Virus record (IMG/VR): IMGVR_UViG_3300045988_056849
Source of the DNA: a virus
DNA length: 64,000 nucleotides
Reading direction: 5' to 3' (one strand)
Part shown: positions 24,448-33,203 of the stretch, piece after piece
How positions within the stretch are numbered: the first letter of the stretch is position 1
Layout: every line of letters begins with the position of its first letter
Notes under the pieces: model-generated
Databases searched by the model: none
What the model saw: only the letters and a program-made list of their open reading frames with translations
What the model was told of the DNA's origin: nothing
Made by a program: the position numbers and the translations under genes

Positions 24448-25803
24448 ATGGCAAAGAAAAGTTCAAGTGGAGGTTTGCGTTCACAGTTGAAAGCAACTCC
24501 GATTAAAAAGCTGAAAAAGCGTGTCGATGAAGACAATGAAATGGTAGGAGTTGGTAGCAACGAGTATCTGAATTTGGAAGACGGCAAAACGTTGAAAATT
24601 CGTATATTCCCAGCTCACCCTGGTGTTGAAGACTTCTATATTCCAAAGAAGTGTTACTGGCTTACCGTTGCTGGTAGGGATGGAGACCCAAGACGTACTA
24701 CGGTGCTTGACTCTAAGGTTCACGGAGGTACGAAGTGGGATTTGGTAGAGGAGTATGTAAAATTCGCCAAGAAGAAATGGGCGAAAGATGCGGACAAATT
24801 GGACGCTCTTACAGGTACTGGTCAGAACCAAAACAGCCTCAATCCTTCTTACACTTGGTTATGCTACGCTGCACAAGTTACGGCTGACGAAGAGTTGCGT
24901 GCTAAGTTGTGGGAGTTCAAGAAAATGGTTCGGGATGCGATGAACAAGCTGGCGTTCTCCGAAGATGAGGATGAAGCAATTGAAGTTGACCCGTTCACCG
25001 ACCCAGATGAAGGTCTGCCTATCTTGGTTAAGTACATGAAAAACCCAAACAAGAAAAAGGGCGAAAACTACTATGAAGTATCATTCCCGAAGAAGGTATC
25101 AGCCAGACCGCTTACCGATGAGGAAATTGAGTATTTCATGACTCTGAAACCGCTTACCGAAGTACTGCCGAAATACGGTATGAGAGACTTTGAGAAAGCG
25201 TTGGAAGGCTTGCAGAACTTCGATGAAGAACATGAAATGGAATTGTTCGAGGACGATGCTTGGCTGGAACATGTTGAGGAAATCAAAGCCCAGTATGATG
25301 GCGAAGAGGAGGAAGAAGATGACAAACCGTCCAAAAAGAAAACTTCCAAGAAAGTTACCAAAAAGGTAGTTGAGGAAGAAGATGAGGACGAGGGTGATGA
25401 TGACTCCGATGACGAAGAAGAGGAGGAAGAAAAACCCAAGAAAAAGTCAGCGAAAGCTCCTGCTAAGAAAGCTACCAAGAAGGTAGAAGAAGAGGAGGAA
25501 GAAGAGGAGGAAGAAGATGACGAGGAGCCTGAGGAAGCAGACGATGAAGAAGAGGATGATTCAGATGAAGCTGAAGACGATGGCTTGGACGACATGGACA
25601 GAACTGAACTGAAAAAGTACATCAAGGAAAATGACTTGGAAGTATCGGTTAAGAAGTCTATGACGGATGATGACCTGCGTGAAGCTATCCGAGAAGCTAT
25701 GGGTGGCGATGACTCTGAGGAAGAGGATGACGAAGAAGAGGAGGAAGCACCAAAAAGCAAAGTTTCCCTGAAAGACATCAAGAAGAAACTTGCTGGTAAA
25801 TAA
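24448..25803 (+). CDS. Candidate gp32-like ssDNA-binding protein with a very long acidic / K-A-P tail and HeH-like module
   Basis: N-terminal 'YLNLEDGKTLKIRIFPAH' resembles T4 gp32 '[20 protein letters not shown]'. It has an acidic C-terminal tail as in SSBs and sits next to recA. No gp32 zinc ligands are seen, so the call is tentative. Confidence 0.4.
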   Translation: MAKKSSSGGLRSQLKATPIKKLKKRVDEDNEMVGVGSNEYLNLEDGKTLKIRIFPAHPGVEDFYIPKKCYWLTVAGRDGDPRRTTVLDSKVHGGTKWDLVEEYVKFAKKKWAKDADKLDALTGTGQNQNSLNPSYTWLCYAAQVTADEELRAKLWEFKKMVRDAMNKLAFSEDEDEAIEVDPFTDPDEGLPILVKYMKNPNKKKGENYYEVSFPKKVSARPLTDEEIEYFMTLKPLTEVLPKYGMRDFEKALEGLQNFDEEHEMELFEDDAWLEHVEEIKAQYDGEEEEEDDKPSKKKTSKKVTKKVVEEEDEDEGDDDSDDEEEEEEKPKKKSAKAPAKKATKKVEEEEEEEEEEDDEEPEEADDEEEDDSDEAEDDGLDDMDRTELKKYIKENDLEVSVKKSMTDDDLREAIREAMGGDDSEEEDDEEEEEAPKSKVSLKDIKKKLAGK

Positions 25804-25834
25804 TTTCATCTACTTTCATATTGTTAACAACGAG

Positions 25835-25871
25835 ATAAGCCAGCGGTTGAAATATATCGTTGGCTTATTTC
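25835..25871 (+). terminator. Hairpin / weak terminator
   Basis: ataagcca (25835-25842) pairs with tggcttat (25861-25868), followed by ttcatat. The T-tract is poor. Confidence 0.45.
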
Positions 25872-25889
25872 ATATAAAACAAAAAGTTT

Positions 25890-27026
25890 ATGGCAAAAAC
25901 AAAAAGCATTATTGATAAGATTGTCGACAAGTTCAACTCTGAGGATGTTATTAAGTTCTCCGATAAAGACGGATTCAAAGACGTGAAGAGCTGGGCACAT
26001 ACAGGCAGTCCTACGCTTGATTATAACCTTCGGACTTTCGGACTACCGACTGGTATCATAGAGATAGCAGGCAAGAGCCGTAGTGGTAAAACTACGTTGG
26101 GACTTATGGCGATGAAATACTTTCTTCAAGAAAATCCAGAGGATGGCATTGCTGTTATTCTTTCGAGCGAAAACCGAGACAACAAAGACTACGCATTACA
26201 GCTTGGCTTGCCCGTTCACAGAATAATTATTATCAAGGTAAAATATGTTGAGGCGATGTTCATGCAGGTTAAGAAACTTGTTATGGATGCTGACGAGGTA
26301 TTGAAAGCCGAGAAGATGAAGCCCAAGTTTTTCTTTCTTTGGGATAGTTTGGGAGCAACTCTGTCGAAGTCCGAGCTTGATACAATGGAAGAGAATACCA
26401 AGAGATTGGAAAAGGAGCTTCAGAAAGGTTCAGAGGTTGAGGACATTGAGTTGAAGAACGAGAAGATGATGGCATTTGCGAAAGAAGCTAAGAAGTTTGC
26501 GAAGTCAATCATGTCCGAAATGTACACCCATGTAATGCACTTTGTAATGCTTAATCACCAGTATGATAATACGGCACCTGGTAGTTTCGTTACAACTCGC
26601 AAGTCCACGGGTGGAGAGTGGGTAGAATTGCTCCCATGTTTGCGACTTTCTATGAAATTGAAAACTCATGAAAAGATTGATGACGTAGAAGTGGCTCAAA
26701 TAACTGAAGTTAAGGTAGTCAAAAACGACTTCGGGAGTAGGAAGAAAACCGACATACGAATATTGTTGGGCTATGGCATTATACTTTCTCAGGAAGATAT
26801 TGACTATGCTTTAGAGGCAGGAATTATCAAAAAAGAAGGAGCAAAGAAAATGACCTTCATGAATGGTAAACTTGCTTGGAGTTCTCCGAGAGAATTATTC
26901 AAACATTATTATTCGCACAACAAATTCTTGAAAGTGCTGCATAATAAGATAAAGCGTTCAATGGAAGCCGATTTGGTTGCTTTGAAAGAATCATTAGCAA
27001 AAGACCTTCCTGAACAAGAGGAATAA
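25890..27026 (+). CDS. RecA/UvsX-family recombinase
   Basis: 'GLPTGIIEIAGKSRSGKTTLGL' (Walker A in RecA context), 'FFFLWDSLGAT' (Walker B). 378 aa. Confidence 0.8.
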   Translation: MAKTKSIIDKIVDKFNSEDVIKFSDKDGFKDVKSWAHTGSPTLDYNLRTFGLPTGIIEIAGKSRSGKTTLGLMAMKYFLQENPEDGIAVILSSENRDNKDYALQLGLPVHRIIIIKVKYVEAMFMQVKKLVMDADEVLKAEKMKPKFFFLWDSLGATLSKSELDTMEENTKRLEKELQKGSEVEDIELKNEKMMAFAKEAKKFAKSIMSEMYTHVMHFVMLNHQYDNTAPGSFVTTRKSTGGEWVELLPCLRLSMKLKTHEKIDDVEVAQITEVKVVKNDFGSRKKTDIRILLGYGIILSQEDIDYALEAGIIKKEGAKKMTFMNGKLAWSSPRELFKHYYSHNKFLKVLHNKIKRSMEADLVALKESLAKDLPEQEE

Positions 27027-27043
27027 TTGGCATTAGTTCAATC

Positions 27044-27054
27044 CAGTTATAATA
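27044..27054 (+). promoter_or_regulatory. CAGTTATAATA motif (class IV) 18 nt upstream of HEG-B
   Basis: tCCAGTTATAaTAccgtaa. Compare 30698, 47699 and 50171. Confidence 0.4.
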
Positions 27055-27072
27055 CCGTAAAATTGAATCAAT

Positions 27073-27762
27073 ATGAAAGAATTGTATGGTATTATCTATT
27101 TGACGACTTGTCTTGTCAATAACAAAGTCTATGTGGGACAAACTATCAATTGGCAGGACAAGTCGTATTTAGGAAGCGGAACTGCCTTTGTAAATGCGTT
27201 GAAAAAGTACGGAAGGAAGAATTTCAAACGAGAGACTTTGAAACTTTGTTATTCTCAGGCTCAATTAGATGCTTGGGAAACGGTTATGGTTAGAAAATAT
27301 GATTCAACAAATCCAGAAAAAGGATATAACATATTGCCAGGAACTGCTAACAATTTTGGACAAATAAATCCAGCAAGACTTCCAGAAGTACAAGAAAAGA
27401 TAAGGAGAAAGAAGGTTGGTAAATATAAGGGCAAAAATTGTTATTGGTATGGTAAAACATTGTCTGAAGAAACAAAGAAGAAACTTTCAGACAAAGCGAA
27501 GAAGCGATTATTAGACCCAAGAAACAATCCGATGTACGGCAGATGTCTTTCTGAAGAAGCTAAACGGAAAATATCAAATTCAAGAAAAGGTAAACCGAGC
27601 CCAAGGGCAGGAGCCGAATTAACAGATGAAACGAAAGAAAAATTGAGAAAAGCTAATATTGGTAAACGTGTTATAAATAACGGAGTTGAAAACAAGGTTA
27701 TTAATGGAAATGATACATTACCGAAAGGATGGAATTATGGTAGATGTAAAAAAGAAAAATAA
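27073..27762 (+). mobile_element. Free-standing GIY-YIG homing endonuclease gene (HEG-B) with NUMOD3-type repeats
   Basis: 'YGIIYLTTCLVNNKVYVGQT', 'KKYGRKNFKRE'. Repeated 'G(K)(N)(N/C)(P/Y)(M/W)YG(K/R)..SEE(T/A)K(K/R)K(L/I)S' units. Inserted between recA and sbcD. Confidence 0.8.
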
Positions 27763-28840
27763 AAAAGCAATAGGTTTGCTTGTAAATGACATTCATTTAG
27801 ACAAGGACAACGGTGAGTTGGTGAAAGACATTTTTCGTCAGCTCATCAGTCTTTGTCGGGAATATAACACAAACCGTATATTCTGCGGGGGGGATGTATT
27901 TACCAACCGTTCAGGTCAGCCGTTACAATGTCTGACTGATTGGAAAGAGATACTTGTTATGTTATCCGAAGAGGATATTGAATTACACGTCATTCCAGGC
28001 AATCATGATAAAACGGACAGCGATGATGAGAAAAGTTATTTGGATGTTTATAGTGAGCCTTGTGTGCATCTTTATCGTAACGGTGTACGCAGGTTTATTG
28101 GCGGGGTTGTTATGGCATTCATTCCGTACTTCAAGGATGATAAGTGGCTTGAAGAATATGAGAAGGTTTGGGGTCAAATAGAAGAAAATTTTCAAGACCG
28201 AGATATTGATGCTGATACTCCGTTGATTTTGATAACGCATTCAGGGTTTGACGGAGTAGTAAACAACGATGGGTCAAGAGTATCTTCCATTATCAAACCT
28301 TCGATGTTTGAGAGTTGGACGAAGGTATTGATTGGACATTACCATAATGCTTCTAAGTTAGCGGATAATGTTATATATACTGGTTCTGCTTATCAAAACA
28401 ATTACGGAGAGAATATCACTGATAAGGGTTTCACGGTCATATTCAACAACGGTTCAACCAAATTCGTTCCTTCTAAGTTCCCGAAGTATATCAAGGAAGT
28501 AATTGATGCGAACGACAAGGAAACTTTGATGAACCTTTTGGAAAAGTATGAAGGCGAAGAGTACGACCATATCAGATTTGTATTCACTGGTAAGAAGGTA
28601 GATTGTCAAAAGATAAACATTGCCGAGATACAAGGAAAGTACGGAATTGATTGTAAGTTTGAAGCGACCGAGACAACAGACGCAATCGAAATATCCGAGT
28701 CAGACAGCGTTTTGAGTTACGATAAGAAAACAATAACAAAAGACTTCTTGAAGTTCTGTACCGAGAATGATATCAAGGGCGGTAAGTTCAAGTATGGTTT
28801 TGATTTAATAAAGCAAATGCGGTATGTGGAATCCAAGTAA
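27737..28840 (+). CDS. sbcD: SbcD/Mre11-type nuclease (T4 gp47-like)
   Basis: Calcineurin-like phosphoesterase motifs 'VNDIHLD', 'GGDVF', 'VIPGNHD', 'LITHSG', 'IGHYH'. ATG 27737 (MVDVKKK...) is preferred to the ORF-track start 27686. Confidence 0.8.
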   Translation: MVDVKKKNKKAIGLLVNDIHLDKDNGELVKDIFRQLISLCREYNTNRIFCGGDVFTNRSGQPLQCLTDWKEILVMLSEEDIELHVIPGNHDKTDSDDEKSYLDVYSEPCVHLYRNGVRRFIGGVVMAFIPYFKDDKWLEEYEKVWGQIEENFQDRDIDADTPLILITHSGFDGVVNNDGSRVSSIIKPSMFESWTKVLIGHYHNASKLADNVIYTGSAYQNNYGENITDKGFTVIFNNGSTKFVPSKFPKYIKEVIDANDKETLMNLLEKYEGEEYDHIRFVFTGKKVDCQKINIAEIQGKYGIDCKFEATETTDAIEISESDSVLSYDKKTITKDFLKFCTENDIKGGKFKYGFDLIKQMRYVESK

Positions 28841-30680
28841 GATTGAGATATATAATTTGTTCGCTCACAAGGAGTCAGTATATGATTTCAAGAACAATGC
28901 TTGTACGGTCATCTTCGGAAAGAACGAAACAGACCGTGGGTTAGAGAATAACGGAGCTGGTAAGACTACGTTGTTTGAAGCAATCTGTATAGCTCTTACC
29001 AATGAGAGCCTACGAGCTATCAAGAAAGATAGTTTCATCAATCGGGATGAGGAAGAATGTAAAATTGTATTTCATCTTTACAATCCTGTCTTGAAAATGA
29101 AACTCCGTATCAGTCGTCAATTCTTTCGGGGGAATAAGTCAGCAAAGATTGAGATATGGGAAAACGACAAGTTGAATAAACAAGTTGTATCGGTAAACGA
29201 AGCAAACAAGCGTGTTCTTGAGCTTATCGGAATAAGCCGTGAGGACTTGCTAAGATACTTCATAATCAGTCAAGATAATCGGTACACGTTCTTTACCGCC
29301 AGTGATAGCGAGAAGAAAGAAATCATGAACCGTATTACTTCTGCTGATATGATTAACCCAGTCATTGAAGAACTTGATTTGCGTTACAAAGAAAAGAATG
29401 CCGAATACAAGGAGATTGATGATGAGATAGGTAAGTTATCGGATAAGAAGGAGCTATTGGTGGAGCAAAGAGAAGAAGTGCTTGCTAATGATAATACCGA
29501 AGAAGAGTTGAACGAGCTATCCGAAAAGATAAGCGAAGCCGAAGAAGAGATTGGTGAAATTGACGGTAACTTGGAGAAGTGGAAGAAAGCGGTCAAAACA
29601 AGAGAAGAACAAATTCAAGCGATAACGGTTGAAGATACTACTCAACTGAAGAAAGACCGAAAGAAGCTCAAAGAAGAAATGGAGGAGCTTGATTCAGAAT
29701 TATCCGAGAATAAGAGAATGGAGAAGAAGCTCAAAGCAGAACTTGAAGATACCATAACTTGTCCTAATTGTTCTCATGAATTTATACACGAGTCAGAGTT
29801 GGATTTGTCGGTTGAAGATACAAAGTCATTACTTGCTGAAGCTCAAAGCGAGATTAAGAAACAAACCAAGAAATATGAGGCAAAAGAAACTAAACTCAAA
29901 AATTTCAATAAGAAGATAAAGGAAGCCGAGCGAGCCGAAGAACTTGTTGGAGAGATTGAAGAGGAGAAAAGCGGTTATGAACGTAAAATAAAGAACAAGA
30001 CTCAAGACCGTGCCGACCTTCTTGTAAAGATAGAGAAATGGGAAACTGAGAAGAGAGCTATCAAGAAACGCAAGAAGGACGACAAATTGTTAAACAGTCT
30101 CAACCAGCGTATCGGGGAATGTGATACCGAGATAGAGAAGTTGACCAAACAGCTCTTGCCAATCAGCGAAGAGATGGAGACAATTAAGTTCTGGCAGTTT
30201 AATATGGGACGTTCGGGGTTCATGACTTATCTTGCGAACAAATCAATCAAAATAATCGAAGGTATCACGAACAGCTATTTGAGAAAGTTTGGTGTTGATA
30301 TATCCGTACTCATCAATGGATTTACCATTTTGAAATCAGGTGAGGTGAGAGAAAAGATTGATGTGTTTGTTTTGAATGATGGAGTAACTGCTGAGCAATT
30401 CTTGGCTAAGTCAGGAGGGGAGAGAGGACGTGTTACACTGGCAGGAGTCCTTGGTATTCAACATCTCATAAATCTATCTACTAACGGCAAAGGTTTAAAT
30501 TTGCTTTGCTTTGACGAGTGCTTTCATGGAATGGATAGCAAAGGTCAAGAAAATATCATCAAAATCTTTGAAAAAATGGGCATAACTATTTTGGTGATAA
30601 CCCAAAATGTTAGTGAGTCTTTTAACAATGAGAACACGCTCTATGTGGTTAAAGAGAAAGATGTAAGCCGATATGTGTAA
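28824..30680 (+). CDS. sbcC: SbcC/Rad50-type ATPase (T4 gp46-like)
   Basis: Walker A 'NGAGKTTLFEA', long E/K coiled coil with central zinc hook 'CPNCSHEF', signature 'SGGERGRVTLA', Walker B 'LLCFDECFHGMD'. Confidence 0.8.
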   Translation: MWNPSKIEIYNLFAHKESVYDFKNNACTVIFGKNETDRGLENNGAGKTTLFEAICIALTNESLRAIKKDSFINRDEEECKIVFHLYNPVLKMKLRISRQFFRGNKSAKIEIWENDKLNKQVVSVNEANKRVLELIGISREDLLRYFIISQDNRYTFFTASDSEKKEIMNRITSADMINPVIEELDLRYKEKNAEYKEIDDEIGKLSDKKELLVEQREEVLANDNTEEELNELSEKISEAEEEIGEIDGNLEKWKKAVKTREEQIQAITVEDTTQLKKDRKKLKEEMEELDSELSENKRMEKKLKAELEDTITCPNCSHEFIHESELDLSVEDTKSLLAEAQSEIKKQTKKYEAKETKLKNFNKKIKEAERAEELVGEIEEEKSGYERKIKNKTQDRADLLVKIEKWETEKRAIKKRKKDDKLLNSLNQRIGECDTEIEKLTKQLLPISEEMETIKFWQFNMGRSGFMTYLANKSIKIIEGITNSYLRKFGVDISVLINGFTILKSGEVREKIDVFVLNDGVTAEQFLAKSGGERGRVTLAGVLGIQHLINLSTNGKGLNLLCFDECFHGMDSKGQENIIKIFEKMGITILVITQNVSESFNNENTLYVVKEKDVSRYV

Positions 30681-30697
30681 ATTAAACATAGCACTTC

Positions 30698-30708
30698 CAG
30701 TTATAGTA
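30698..30708 (+). promoter_or_regulatory. CAGTTATAGTA motif (class IV) 17 nt upstream of HEG-C
   Basis: tCCAGTTATAGTAgta. Same position relative to the ATG as at HEG-B. Confidence 0.4.
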
Positions 30709-30725
30709 GTATTCAAAAGAGTATT

Positions 30726-31391
30726 ATGAAACCAATAGGATTTGTTTATTTGACTACTAATATTGTAAATGGAAAGATATATGTCGGTCAATTTAAGTTT
30801 AGTAAACATAAATGGTTCAATGCTAATTATGTAGGAAGCGGAACTGTTATTGAACAAGCTATCAAGAAATACGGACGAAAGAATTTCAAACGTAGAATAT
30901 TGAAGCTGTGTTATTCGATAAATCAATTGAATGGTTATGAGACTTATTACACTTTGAAATACAATCCTAAACTTGACCCGAATATCGGATATAATCAGAT
31001 TATTGGGCCAGTTAGGAGAAGCGGAAACAAAAATCCAATGAGTTATCCGAATGTTGTTAAAAAGATAAGTGGGGAAAATCATTACTTGTTTGGTAAGCAT
31101 TGTTCCGAAGAAACTAAAAAGAAATTGTCTGAAAAGATGTCTGGCGAAAACAATCCTTTTTATGGTAAGACTCATCCAAAAGGCAAGATGTCTAAGATAT
31201 TGAAAGAGTATTATTCTACTGAAAAAGGTAAAAAAACAATTAACAAAGTTAAGAATAAATTGAAAGGACGTAAAATGTCTGAAGAACAAAAAGAGAAAAT
31301 AAGACAAGGTAATTTAGGCGTCAAGCGTTCCGAAGAAACAAGAAGAAGGATGTCAGAGTCAAGAAAAGGTATGAAATATAAAAAGAATTAA
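30726..31391 (+). mobile_element. Free-standing GIY-YIG homing endonuclease gene (HEG-C) with NUMOD3-type repeats
   Basis: 'IGFVYLTTNIVNGKIYVGQ', 'KKYGRKNFKRR'. Repeated 'GE(N)(H/N)(Y/P)(L/F)(F/Y)GK' units. Inserted between sbcC and ruvC. Confidence 0.8.
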
Positions 31392-31392
31392 T

Positions 31393-31887
31393 ATGACTAA
31401 TAAAGAAAGAGTTAAGTTTTGGAAAGACAAGAAGATAATTGCTATTGACCCAGGTAAAAATGGCGGCATAGCAATTTATTCTATTGATAATAATTGTCTT
31501 ATAGAAGTATCGAAGATGCCTGATACTCCATTAGACATATTGAATTTCTTGTCTATGTATTCTCAAAATAGCGTTTGTTATCTTGAGAAAGTAGGAGGAA
31601 TACCAGGTCAAGGTGGCGCAAGTTCTATGTTCAATTTTGGTAAGGGATTTGGATATTTGGAAATGGCTCTTCTGTGTAAGAAAATACCTACTACTGAAGT
31701 AACTCCTCAGAAGTGGCAGAAAGAGTTGCAATTGGGCAATAAGGGCAAAAAATCTTCTACCGAATGGAAGAATAAATTAAAAGCGAAAGCTCAACAACTT
31801 TATCCTAATGTCGGCAAGATAACATTAGCTACCAGCGATGCTTTGCTCATACTTGAATATGCGAGAATAACAGAAAAAAGAAGATGA
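31393..31887 (+). CDS. ruvC: RuvC-like Holliday junction resolvase
   Basis: 'IIAIDPGKNGGIAIY' (Asp), 'CYLEKVGG' (Glu), 'TSDALLILEYA' (Asp). 164 aa. Confidence 0.65.
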   Translation: MTNKERVKFWKDKKIIAIDPGKNGGIAIYSIDNNCLIEVSKMPDTPLDILNFLSMYSQNSVCYLEKVGGIPGQGGASSMFNFGKGFGYLEMALLCKKIPTTEVTPQKWQKELQLGNKGKKSSTEWKNKLKAKAQQLYPNVGKITLATSDALLILEYARITEKRR

Positions 31888-31888
31888 T

Positions 31889-32224
31889 ATGAAATTTGTA
31901 TGTAGAAACGAGCAATGCGAAAAATTCGGCATTGAAGAAGAGTATCTCAGCAATACTTATAAAGTTATCAACGGTAAACTTCAAAGCAATAACGCTCCTT
32001 GTCCTTGTTGTGGACAAATACGAGAGGAAATCAATCCAAATAAGGACATTCCTCTCAGTCAGAAAAATATCGACATTGCTAAGTATTCAAGTGCGTCTCC
32101 TCAGGATAAGAGAGAGATGTTGAAGAAACGTTCTCATGACCATTACGAGAAAGAAATCAAACCTTTCAAGGAACATCAACTGCACGAGACAGTAAAGAAT
32201 TTCAAAGAAGCAAGTAAAAGTTGA
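31889..32224 (+). CDS. Zinc-ribbon protein (111 aa)
   Basis: 'CRNEQC...' and 'CPCCG' cysteine pairs. Function unknown. Confidence 0.45.
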   Translation: MKFVCRNEQCEKFGIEEEYLSNTYKVINGKLQSNNAPCPCCGQIREEINPNKDIPLSQKNIDIAKYSSASPQDKREMLKKRSHDHYEKEIKPFKEHQLHETVKNFKEASKS

Positions 32225-32228
32225 TGAT

Positions 32229-32855
32229 ATGGGATTAGAGAGCATGTACTTCAAAGCCGATTATCATTACAAAGCAAAACTTGTCAATAAGTGGATTGCG
32301 ATAATCAGATACTCACCAAACGAGAAGCGAGTCAAGGCGTATAAGAATTTGGTATTCAAAATGATGAAAGATATTGTCAAGAAGAACATTGCCAATTATC
32401 TCAATCTGCTTAACAATACCGAAGCGAAGGACATGCCCGACAGAGATGAATTGGTTGCTGATTGTTATATCATCTTTGACAAATGTTTAGAAAAATATAT
32501 AATCAAAGGCAATTACAATTTTTATTTCTATTTCAATAAGTCTCTGTCAAGAAATTTTTACCGAGATTATCAGAAAGAGTTACAGAGGAGCAATGGACAT
32601 GTAGAAATTTCAGAAGCGTTGGAGGCAGTGAATAAAGGTTTTCACGATTATCGGGAGCCTGATACAACGGAGCTTTTAATGGAGCGTCTTGGTTTGGATG
32701 AATTAGAAAAGCGGATATGTCGTTCAAGAATGTTGGGTCAAAAAACTTCCGAGTTCTTGAAGGAAAATCCAGAAGTAACGAATGGACAATATTCACGTTG
32801 TCTGAAAAAAATAAAAGAAGTATTAACAACATCTCAAGAGAAAGGAGAAATTTAA
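32229..32855 (+). CDS. Second sigma-70-family-like / RNA-polymerase-associated factor
   Basis: 'RDELVADCYIIFDKCLEKY...FYFYFNKSLSRNFYRDYQKE' resembles sigma region 2. 'LGLDELEKRICRSRMLGQKTSEFL' resembles a region 4 HTH. 208 aa. Confidence 0.4.
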   Translation: MGLESMYFKADYHYKAKLVNKWIAIIRYSPNEKRVKAYKNLVFKMMKDIVKKNIANYLNLLNNTEAKDMPDRDELVADCYIIFDKCLEKYIIKGNYNFYFYFNKSLSRNFYRDYQKELQRSNGHVEISEALEAVNKGFHDYREPDTTELLMERLGLDELEKRICRSRMLGQKTSEFLKENPEVTNGQYSRCLKKIKEVLTTSQEKGEI

Positions 32856-32856
32856 T

Positions 32857-33198
32857 ATGGAAGTCAACATTTATCAAAAGGCTATCGAACAGCTGGTAAT
32901 GGAGGGTTATACAATCCTCCAAGTGGCTACTCCGAACAAGGATGAGTTCTTGTTCTTCAATGTTTACAAGTGGCAAGAAGGCTACTTCAACACCGCTCAG
33001 TCTATTGATTTTAATATGGTAGAAGGTGTAAACATTACAGAGTTCTTAACCAAGAACGCAGCGATGTGCGCTAACAGAACAAACTTCATGTCCTTGTTTC
33101 AAAGGGTAATGGAAGAGGGCGTTTTGGTACGTTGCGAGTTCACGAAGAGCGCAACTTGGTTCAAGTGGGCAGCTCCGAATGGTACAAAGAAACTGTAA
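32857..33198 (+). CDS. Hypothetical protein (113 aa)
   Basis: ATG 2 nt after the upstream stop. No motif. Confidence 0.45.
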   Translation: MEVNIYQKAIEQLVMEGYTILQVATPNKDEFLFFNVYKWQEGYFNTAQSIDFNMVEGVNITEFLTKNAAMCANRTNFMSLFQRVMEEGVLVRCEFTKSATWFKWAAPNGTKKL

Positions 33199-33203
33199 AG
33201 AGA

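Noticed and set aside
30495-31307. 270-aa minus-strand ORF spanning the end of sbcC, an intergenic spacer and most of HEG-C
   Set aside because: It crosses a + strand intergenic region and two genes with clear motifs. The product is a Phe/Ile/Leu-rich shadow typical of the antisense of Lys/Glu/Asn-rich AT-rich coding sequence.
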